32,645 nucleotides of DNA from an uncultured Burkholderiales bacterium (GTDB lineage: Bacteria; Pseudomonadota; Gammaproteobacteria; Burkholderiales; Usitatibacteraceae): assembly GCA_964431425.1 (NCBI GenBank), contig CAYSKY010000001.1, positions 1 to 32,645 on the forward strand. The letters are read 5' to 3'. Below are positions 25,949-32,645 of this stretch, one piece after another (the stretch's first letter is position 1; every line of letters begins with the position of its first letter). Position numbers and translations under genes: made by a program. The notes below the pieces were generated by a model, which saw only the letters and a program-made list of their open reading frames with translations, did not search any database and had not been told where the DNA came from.

Positions 25949-26653
25949 TCAAAGGCCCAAGTAGAATTTCGCAGTTGTCCAGTTCGTGGCGAAATCCAGA
26001 GTCACTGACGCAAAATCAGCACCGATGTCTGCTGCGATGTGTTTCGTGCTGGGTTCAAAGTAGTCTTTGATGTTCGATGACAAGAACACGGCCTTTTCGT
26101 TGTGGCCATGTGCTCTGAGCGATTGAATGGCCTCTAGGTAGGTTTCCACCACCACGCAGTCTTTCATCGACTGTTTTCCCGTCGCACCCGGTGTTCTTGC
26201 CGAGTTGACTCTCAGGAAAGCCTTCCCAAGAATATCATCACTCCGGGGAACGATTGTTGCGGCCGCTACTAACCTGTTGACAACGTCTTGTGCTCTTTGT
26301 GCGTGACCCGTGAGATGTGCTGTATCCATAGCGCCACTCGCACCATACAAGCAGGCGACGGCGTCGATGTCTTTTGCGCGTGCTCGAAATTTAACCAGCG
26401 CAGCTTCTGCATCGTCGTAGATGGCTTGCGCATTGTCACCAAGTTCAAAGCTGACTTGCTCCGCGATCAAGACAACCAAGCCGCCGCCGCTTTCAGCGGT
26501 AGCCAACAAATCTTGCGCCGATTTTAAATTGGTGGGATTGACATCGTCACGCGTAATGGCTCGCATCATATCAAGAATGGAACAGGTGTCCAAGCACAGC
26601 ACAGGCTTGCCGAGCACACGGATTCGAATGAGGTCTTGCGGAGACAACCCCAT
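25949..26653 (-). CDS. PIN-like domain protein (putative nuclease); second gene of operon X
   Basis: The acidic-residue pattern fits a PIN fold: PVLCLDTCSILD near the N-terminus, VVLIAEQVSFE, KDCVVVETYLEA and VFLSSNIKDY. The ATG at 26653 lies 2 nt after the upstream stop (26656-26658). Confidence 0.5.
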   Translation of the reverse strand: MGLSPQDLIRIRVLGKPVLCLDTCSILDMMRAITRDDVNPTNLKSAQDLLATAESGGGLVVLIAEQVSFELGDNAQAIYDDAEAALVKFRARAKDIDAVACLYGASGAMDTAHLTGHAQRAQDVVNRLVAAATIVPRSDDILGKAFLRVNSARTPGATGKQSMKDCVVVETYLEAIQSLRAHGHNEKAVFLSSNIKDYFEPSTKHIAADIGADFASVTLDFATNWTTAKFYLGL

Positions 26654-26655
26654 TG

Positions 26656-27315
26656 TCAGTGGCTATCGTAGTGCCGCAAAAGCTCCAACGCCGTCTCATA
26701 ATTAGACGCGAGATCGTGGGCCTCGTCTTCCGGCCAGCGATCAACCTCGACGAGCCATCTGCGCAGCGTACCGGGGTCTGCCCTGTGTCCGCTTCGATGT
26801 GCGGCGACCAGGAAGTTGAACCACCGCTCCTGGTCTTTGGGATGCGAGGCACCGGTCGATTTGTTTGCGGCCCCAGAAAAGCTCCGGAGGGCTGCCGCGG
26901 GTTCCTCTCCCAACCAATCTTTAACGGTTTGGCGCGATTGTGTGACTTTGATCCTAAAATCGCTTTCGCCAGCAGCAGGCTTGGCAATTTTATCGACGAA
27001 GTCTTGCAAGACCGCGTTGTAGGTGGCGATGCTGATGGATCCCGTTTCCTTGGGAACGATGTTCGCGACCTTGTAACCACTGGTGTCTTGCCAGAGGACC
27101 AATCCGATTGTCGGAGCTTTGCTATCCGACTCCCGCGAAAACACGATGATGTCCTCGCCGCTTGAACCTAGCCCTTTCAGGTGGCTCTCTTTTTCGTCTT
27201 CATGCTTCCATGGCGGCTCCACTTGCTTAAGTAGCAATTCGCGAATGGAGGATATTGGTGCGTTTGTCACATGAAGAGACAAATCCTGGAAAACCTCTAG
27301 GTCATTGGTAGACAT
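26656..27315 (-). CDS. Hypothetical protein, no recognisable domain; first gene of operon X
   Basis: The frame is open with coding-like composition and is tightly coupled to the PIN-like gene. I chose the ATG at 27315 (MSTNDLEVFQ...); the track start at 27324 is a TTG. Confidence 0.55.
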   Translation of the reverse strand: MSTNDLEVFQDLSLHVTNAPISSIRELLLKQVEPPWKHEDEKESHLKGLGSSGEDIIVFSRESDSKAPTIGLVLWQDTSGYKVANIVPKETGSISIATYNAVLQDFVDKIAKPAAGESDFRIKVTQSRQTVKDWLGEEPAAALRSFSGAANKSTGASHPKDQERWFNFLVAAHRSGHRADPGTLRRWLVEVDRWPEDEAHDLASNYETALELLRHYDSH

Positions 27316-27506
27316 GGGGCTCAATCGAAGGATGAATTAAAGTCATTCTACATTTGGGATCGATTTGGCCAGCGCTAGTCAGAGAGAAGAAGGCGTATCT
27401 GTGACGAGAGGTAATTCGCTCCTTGCCGCGACGGATATGCCGGTGTTGGCGGCAATCAAACGGCCCATGTTTTCCGCGCCCTTCCCTTCAAAACACTGCT
27501 ATACTA

Positions 27507-27526
27507 GTGATAACTATCATTATCAC
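27507..27526. promoter_or_regulatory. Inverted repeat GTGATAA-N6-TTATCAC in the divergent region upstream of the integrase
   Basis: gtgataactatcattatcac lies 32 nt upstream of the integrase ATG. It directly follows a TATACT hexamer (27500-27505). No convincing -35 element is found at 17-bp spacing. Confidence 0.3.
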
Positions 27527-27557
27527 AGACGAAAACGACTGTGCTAAAGTAGCGGTT

Positions 27558-29466
27558 ATGGCCACCCAAAGCTTGCTGAATCAAACCCTTAGGCCGACGC
27601 CGGTCCTGAGCGCCGATGAGGCTGCTTTCCTGAAATCCGCATTCCTCGGGCTCGACCTTGGCGAGGCGGCTGAGCGCTACCTGGGAACGACCGACGCTCG
27701 CGTGGTCAGGCGCAAGCACCGCGACATTCTCACGCGCGCTCAGCTACGCGCACAACGCGCCGACCGGGGCGATCTCGCCAAGCATCTGCTTTATGCGCCC
27801 CCGATCCGGCCGCCGCGACTGCCCCGCCTGCGGGAGACCTTCGATGAATTCGTCGCCCGGCGCGGCTATGCCGGCTGGCGTTTTAGCGAACAGCTCGAGG
27901 CCTATGAAGCCGAAGTCCCGTTGCCGGCCACGCGCCCTACGACCGCTCTGGTTGACGCCGCGATCGAGGCGATCGAGGCGTTAGCGGCGCTCACCGATCA
28001 CCCAACGCCCGCCTCGCTCGTCGCCTGGTGGTTTCAACCGCGCCTGGCCGGCACCCTTCGCCGCGCCCACGTCAAAACCATGGGAGATTTTACGGCCCTG
28101 TTGCGCGCGGGCCCGCGCTGGTTCGATCAACTGTCGGGGGTAGGCGCCGTCAAGGCGGCAGCGGTGCTCACGTTCCTCGACACCCATCGCCGCACCTTGG
28201 GCGACCTGGTGCCCGTCGAGGCGCGTGCGCTCACCCCCCTGCCCTCCCCGCCTTTATTCGCGTCCCCAGGAACGAACGTCGCCCCACTGGAGCGGCTCGC
28301 CATGGTGCCGGCGCTGGACGGCTCGCAGGGCAGCAACCGGGGGGAGCGCGCCGCGCGCATCAATGCGCAAAATGACCTGGAGGCGATCCACTTCGTGCTG
28401 TCGCGTTTCGCCTATAAGCCGAAGACGCTGCGTGCGTACAAGAAGGAGTTAGAACGGGCACTCCTCTGGGCGGTGGTCGAACGGGGCAAGGCGTTTTCGT
28501 CGCTCAACACCGATGACGCCAATGCCTACGTCGCCTTCCTGATGGCGCCCTTCCCACCCGAACGCTGGATCGCAAGCTTGACCCCTGAGGATATTCGCCG
28601 CGGCAAGCGCCAGAAAAAGGTACGAAGGTTTAGTGAAGCCTGGCGGCCTTTCGCCGGCCCCTTGTCGCCAGAGAGCATCAAATATGCCGTCACGGTCCTA
28701 AAATCGGCGTGTGAGACGCTGGTGGAACAGCGCTACCTGGATTCGAATCCGTTTGGCGATACCGCCCTGCCCCCGCCCAGCCACAAGCCGCAATTCGCCA
28801 AACGCCACCTGCCCCAACCTCTTTGGGAAAAGTGCCAGGCCGCGTGGCTTCTAGACCGAGACACGCCCGAAGGGCGCCGGGCTGCGAGCAAGAGAGATCG
28901 CGGGCGCAACCACCGACCACCTGACGCGCGAACAGACGCCGGAGGCCGGGGTCGTGTTTTTTCTGACGGTCATTGGCAAAGGCAACAAGGTGCGTGAGGT
29001 CGTGCTGCTGGAATGGGTGCTCCCCTACCTGGTCGAGCACTGGATCGATCGGGGCCTCGTCTCCCCGGAAAACCGGTTATGCCCGATCGCGGATATCCCC
29101 TTCGCGTTAGAGGCGCCTGCAGCGTTGATTGGCAGTCTGGATGGGCGCCGCGACGCCAGCCAGACCCTCTCGCCGGCGACCGTCTACGAGATCGCCCACG
29201 AGGCCTTTGCGCGCGTCATCCCGCAGCTGGACAAAGGGAGTGAAGAGGCGAAGAAGCTGCTTAAGGCTTCGACACATTGGCTGCGCCATACCTACGCCAC
29301 CCACGCGTCACAGCGTGGCACCGACTTGAGCATCATTCAGGAAAACTGCGGGCATGCCTCGATTGAGACGACCGGAAAATATCGGCAGACGGACAAGAGT
29401 GAACGGCTGCTGGCCACCCGATCTTCCTTCCCAGCACCACCGGTGGCCCCGGAAACGAATCGCTAG
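27558..29466 (+). pseudogene. Tyrosine recombinase/integrase disrupted by a frameshift near 28852-28885
   Basis: Two ORFs in different frames (27558-28997 and 28855-29466) together make one integrase. The upstream frame ends its sensible sequence at ...LWEKCQAAWLLDRDTPEG. The downstream frame reads GAGLRAREIAGATTDHL...FFLTVIGKGNKVREVVL...HWLRHTYATH...GHASIETTGKYRQ, which gives the R, K, HxxR, H and Y catalytic layout. The ATG at 27558 is the first ATG after the Arg/Cys-rich track extension. Confidence 0.7.
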
Positions 29467-29482
29467 CGCGAGATTGCAGGCC

Positions 29483-29503
29483 GAATATTTACCGTAAATA
29501 TTC
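29483..29503. repeat. AT-rich perfect hairpin/palindrome GAATATTTA-CCG-TAAATATTC just after the integrase stop
   Basis: Two 9-bp perfect arms with a 3-nt spacer, 17 nt after the TAG at 29464-29466. No T-run follows, so it is not a canonical intrinsic terminator. Confidence 0.4.
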
Positions 29504-29589
29504 GTGGTGTCTTTGACCTCATGCGCAGCAATATCAGCGTGTACGGTCTGGATGCCTCGATCAAGATGGCAGCCGCTGTCGTCGAACAC

Positions 29590-29605
29590 TGTAGTCATTG
29601 GACGA
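29590..29605 (+). repeat. Isolated copy of the 16-bp iteron TGTAGTCATTGG(G/A)CGA, upstream of parA
   Basis: tgtagtcattggacga is 15/16 identical to the copies at 32445-32460 and 32544-32559. It is also 15/16 identical to the reverse complement of 32352-32367, which shares its GGA variant. Confidence 0.7.
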
Positions 29606-29614
29606 TGCGGCATA

Positions 29615-29637
29615 CGTTGTTAAACGGTTTAACAACG
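29615..29637. promoter_or_regulatory. Palindrome copy 1 (perfect 23-bp CGTTGTTAAAC-G-GTTTAACAACG; core TGTTAAACGGTTTAACA)
   Basis: Read directly from the sequence. It lies in the integrase-parA intergenic region. It is a candidate operator or parS-type protein-binding site. Confidence 0.6.
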
Positions 29638-29751
29638 CCCGAGTCGTGCCTTGCGAACCGAGATCCCTTGCAACCTAAACGCGGGCCGATCAACGCAAGG
29701 GTTTGCATAATGGGAACGGGCTCGTCCACTGCATGCAACCCAATCCAAGTC

Positions 29752-29768
29752 TGTTAAACGGTTTAACA
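29752..29768. promoter_or_regulatory. Palindrome copy 2 (TGTTAAACGGTTTAACA)
   Basis: The 17-bp core is identical to copy 1. Confidence 0.6.
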
Positions 29769-29863
29769 AGCCTTCTCGCCTTATGGCAATTCCGCATGGC
29801 GTGTGGGCGAAATCCTTCCTTATTACCTAAAAATGTCGATCCACACTTGCTTACTCAGACGGC

Positions 29864-29880
29864 TGTTAAACCGTTTAACA
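29864..29880. promoter_or_regulatory. Palindrome copy 3 (TGTTAAACCGTTTAACA)
   Basis: Same arms as copies 1 and 2, but the central base is C instead of G, as if the site were inverted. Confidence 0.6.
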
Positions 29881-30009
29881 AGGCAGACGAGCGCACAGCT
29901 TCCTACCCGATCAACCTAATCGGTAAAATTCAACGCAAACTAAATTTAGGCGCGAACTCTGTTGAATCATTGACGCTCGGTGCATGGCGTGTATATTAGC
30001 GCAACTGCG

Positions 30010-31275
30010 ATGAATTTGATGAAAGGCCTGAATTTAGTGGATCGACTTGCCTCCCCTCCCCTGCCAGCCGCCGCGCGAGTAACGATGGATGACTTGCTCA
30101 TCATCGCCGATCGCGCGACGTCCATGTTAGAGCAAATCCGTACGATCGCTTTTGCGCCCGAACAACGCAAGCGGGCCCCGATATTTTCCAGCACCCAGTT
30201 TGCGCGCCTATGTGGTTTGGACAAGAACCAGTTTAATTATCGCTTGCGCAGTAAAGGCTTGCCGAGTGGCCAGCAACGACAGCCAAGAAGCAGTCGGGAA
30301 TTCACTTTGGAGGAGTCGCTGGAATGGGTCAAATTCCATCGTACCCTCCCCGTCCGACCGGCCGGCCAGGACGGCTTTGTCGTGACTATTGCCAACTTTA
30401 AGGGTGGCGTATCCAAAACGACAACGGCGGTCGCGCTCGCGCAAGGGCTCACTTTACGTGGCCACCGGGTCCTGTTGATCGACGCCGATCCGCAAGGCAG
30501 CGCGACGACATTTTGCGGATTCTTGCCGGATGCGGAAGTCGATGTTACCGACACCATTTCGCCGTTATTCCACGGCAAGTGGGATACCGACGATGGCGAG
30601 AAAGAAATCAACGGCATCGAGTATGCAATTCGCAAAACCTATTGGTCCGGCTTGGACTTGGTACCAGCCTCCCCTGCTCTATTCGGTGCTGAGTTTGTCT
30701 TGCCCGCTCGGCAAATGGAGGAAAAGGATTTCCGGTTCTGGGACGTGTTGTTAAACGGTTTAACATCGGCCAAAAAGGTCTATGACGTGATCATCATCGA
30801 TACGCCGCCATCGATGAGTTACATCACCCTGAACGCCCTGCTCGCCGCCGATGGTCTGGTCATTCCCATTCCGCCGAAGTCGCCCGACTTTGCAAGCTCG
30901 GCCCAGTTCTGGCGCCTTTTCTCCGATTTGGCGCACTCCATTCGGGACAAGATGCCGTTCGAGAAGACCTATGCTTTCGTCAATATTCTGTTGTCGCGCG
31001 TGGATATGTCAATACAAGCCACGTCCGTGGTTCGCTCCTGGATTTCAAAGACCTACGGAGACCGCGTATTGCCCGTACAAATTCCACAGACCGCCGTTGC
31101 TGAGGTCGCCTCGATCGAATTTGGCACGGTGTACGACATTACCAAGTACAGCGGATCGAGCCGAACCTATGAGCGCGCGCGCGAAGCCTATGACCAGTTC
31201 GTCGACCTCATGGATCAGTCCATTTCCCAAACATGGCCAGAAACAACGGTCGTTGAACAGAAAGCAGGTGAGTGA
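30010..31275 (+). CDS. parA: ParA/Soj-family partition ATPase with an N-terminal HTH-like extension (type Ia-like)
   Basis: The deviant Walker A is VTIANFKGGVSKTTTAVALA. Also seen: VLLIDADPQGSAT and VIIIDTPPS. The ~100-aa N-terminal extension contains FSSTQFARLCGLDKNQFNYRL. The start is uncertain: ATG 30010, 30019 or 30085, or the track GTG at 29980. Confidence 0.85.
   Translation: MNLMKGLNLVDRLASPPLPAAARVTMDDLLIIADRATSMLEQIRTIAFAPEQRKRAPIFSSTQFARLCGLDKNQFNYRLRSKGLPSGQQRQPRSSREFTLEESLEWVKFHRTLPVRPAGQDGFVVTIANFKGGVSKTTTAVALAQGLTLRGHRVLLIDADPQGSATTFCGFLPDAEVDVTDTISPLFHGKWDTDDGEKEINGIEYAIRKTYWSGLDLVPASPALFGAEFVLPARQMEEKDFRFWDVLLNGLTSAKKVYDVIIIDTPPSMSYITLNALLAADGLVIPIPPKSPDFASSAQFWRLFSDLAHSIRDKMPFEKTYAFVNILLSRVDMSIQATSVVRSWISKTYGDRVLPVQIPQTAVAEVASIEFGTVYDITKYSGSSRTYERAREAYDQFVDLMDQSISQTWPETTVVEQKAGE
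30749..30765. promoter_or_regulatory. Palindrome copy 4 (TGTTAAACGGTTTAACA), inside the parA coding sequence
   Basis: The 17-bp core is identical to copies 1 and 2 and encodes LLNGLT within ParA. Confidence 0.6.
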
Positions 31276-31277
31276 TC

Positions 31278-32288
31278 ATGGCTGGCGGACTCAAAGCATC
31301 TCTCGACAAGTTCAAGGACCTCGATGCCTCCACGGTAAGCAAGCCGGCATCGCCAGGCGATACAACTGGGACAAGCTCTCAGCCGAATTCACCCAAATTG
31401 CATTCGGCTCCCGGTGGTATGGCGGCTTTCAGTGGACAACTTCGCGCTGCCAACGATACTGTCCGCAAACTCGAAGAACGTCTGAAGCAGCATGAAGGCA
31501 GCGTACCGACCCTACGTATAGATGCGCGACGGGTGCGATTCTCGCGTTCAGCGAATCGTCACGAGCAGCACTGGAAAACAGGAATTTTCCGCATTTTCAA
31601 AGAGGATCTGAAGTCCTCGGGTGGCAACGTCGTGCCGGTACTTGTACGGCCGGTGAGCGGCGATCCAGATGCTGATTTTGAAGTGACGTATGGCCACCGT
31701 CGCACCAAGGCGTGCCAAGAAGAAGGGCTGCCGCTGTTGGCCATCGTCCAACCGCTGACGGACCTCGAGCATTGGCTGGCGATGGCTCGCGAAAACATGC
31801 ATCGCGAGGATCTCACGCCCTATGAGCTTGGCGACATGTACGTCAACGCGCTGCATGACAAGTTCTTCGAGAACGCTGCGCAGCTTGCTGTACATTTTGA
31901 GAAAAGCCGCGCGCATGTGAGCCAGGCAATCAAATTGCGCAACCTCCCGCAAGTGGTGCTTGATGCGTTTCCGTCGCCCTACGATCTGCAGTATCGCTGG
32001 TCTGATGAATTGTCTCTACGCTTGGCCGCCAATCCCAAACCAATACTCGACCAAGCAAAACTGCTGGCGAAGAAGAAGGGCGCACTATCGGGCGCGCAAG
32101 TGTTCGCCGCCTTGTGTCCTTCGGCAAAGCAGGCTTCCATGTCAGCGCTGAAAATTGGCGAACGCGTCATTGGCCGTACGGTTTTTGCCAAAGGGCGCCT
32201 GCAAATCCAGTTTGAGCCGAACGTGATCGCGCCGGATCGTATTCCCGACTTGGCTGCTGTCATCACGGATTTTCTTCGAGCCAAATGA
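31278..32288 (+). CDS. parB: ParB/Srx-domain partition protein (ParB-like nuclease N-terminal domain plus HTH)
   Basis: PVLVRPVSG...FEVTYGHRRTKACQEEG contains the GxRR box. AAQLAVHFEKSRAHVSQAIKLRNLP is HTH-like. The ATG at 31278 lies 2 nt after the parA TGA (31273-31275). Confidence 0.75.
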   Translation: MAGGLKASLDKFKDLDASTVSKPASPGDTTGTSSQPNSPKLHSAPGGMAAFSGQLRAANDTVRKLEERLKQHEGSVPTLRIDARRVRFSRSANRHEQHWKTGIFRIFKEDLKSSGGNVVPVLVRPVSGDPDADFEVTYGHRRTKACQEEGLPLLAIVQPLTDLEHWLAMARENMHREDLTPYELGDMYVNALHDKFFENAAQLAVHFEKSRAHVSQAIKLRNLPQVVLDAFPSPYDLQYRWSDELSLRLAANPKPILDQAKLLAKKKGALSGAQVFAALCPSAKQASMSALKIGERVIGRTVFAKGRLQIQFEPNVIAPDRIPDLAAVITDFLRAK

Positions 32289-32309
32289 ATCGCGCCTTCA
32301 TCGCTCCAC

Positions 32310-32636
32310 GACTACACCGGGAGCAAGGCGGGTGTTTCGAATATCGGAATATCGTCCAATGACTACGTTTCCGCATCGTTCCGCGACTACAGCATTGATC
32401 GTGTTCGGAAACGTCGTACTGCGACAAGACGTTTCCCGCTATTTTGTAGTCATTGGGCGATGCAGCTGGTCGGACCCGTCGCCTTTTTGTAGTCAGTCAC
32501 CGATTTCTGTTGCAGTTTGAATGACCGTAACCTGTGGATAACATGTAGTCATTGGGCGAGCGCATCGCTCGTTGACTACAGGCAGTGACCGAGTGTTTTG
32601 TAGCAACTTGCGCCATGAAATGTAGTCGCTGACCGA
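32310..32636. repeat. Iteron array downstream of parB (TGTAGTC/GACTACA cores; 16-bp TGTAGTCATTGG(G/A)CGA subclass; TGTAGTC...ACCGA subclass)
   Basis: - 16-bp iterons: 32352-32367 (reverse orientation), 32445-32460 and 32544-32559.
- 7-bp cores: 32310-32316, 32385-32391, 32488-32494, 32574-32580 and 32621-32627.
- Three cores are followed by (G/C)T(C/G)ACCGA: 32488-32503, 32574-32592 and 32621-32636.
- The array may continue past the window end. Confidence 0.75.
32533..32541 (-). promoter_or_regulatory. Consensus DnaA box (TTATCCACA on the minus strand)
   Basis: TGTGGATAA on the + strand is the exact reverse complement of the 9-mer DnaA box consensus. It sits 2 nt upstream of the iteron at 32544. 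Confidence 0.5.
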
Positions 32637-32645
32637 TCTATATAC

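Noticed and set aside
29521-29999. ORFs 29521-29757 and 29703-29999 in the integrase-parA gap, which share an LLNGLT peptide with ParA.
   Set aside because: The shared peptide is simply the translated 17-bp palindrome. The ORFs overlap each other, have no other protein-like features and cover a repeat-rich regulatory region.
32300-32645. The repeat array considered as a CRISPR array.
   Set aside because: The repeats are short (7-16 bp), occur in both orientations and are irregularly spaced. No cas genes are present. This fits iterons or centromere repeats, not CRISPR.

Overview
Gene-dense, fairly GC-rich accessory region of proteobacterial type, in three blocks. No rRNA, tRNA or CRISPR array was seen.

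(1) 1-11928, + strand: a translationally coupled type III-like restriction-modification operon (SNF2-like helicase, Mod, Res). Other defence-type genes are nested inside it: DinD, a DUF2130 coiled-coil protein, an Abi_C-type abortive-infection gene and a SIR2-HerA module. An 80%-identical 60-68 bp duplicated gene junction marks the nesting point.

(2) 12292-27315: a radC-like gene, then six minus-strand genes in two operons that I cannot assign to any described system.
- Operon X (27315->23545): a 219-aa unknown protein, a PIN-like protein, and a 790-aa protein whose only recognisable part is a C-terminal Mrr-type nuclease.
- Operon Y (23196->12886): an RloC/PrrC-like AAA_13 ATPase with a CxxC zinc hook, a 2065-aa giant (PD-(D/E)xK nuclease, then STAND NTPase, then helical repeats), and a 489-aa HExxH protein.
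- These two operons are my best candidates for an undescribed defence system.

(3) 27558-32645: plasmid or integrative-element backbone.
- A frameshifted tyrosine integrase, a ParA with an N-terminal HTH extension, and a ParB-like protein.
- Four copies of a 17-bp palindrome, one of them inside parA.
- An iteron array containing a consensus DnaA box.

All domain calls come from motif recognition by eye, with no searches run. The many antisense or out-of-frame ORFs in the track are treated as GC-driven shadow ORFs.
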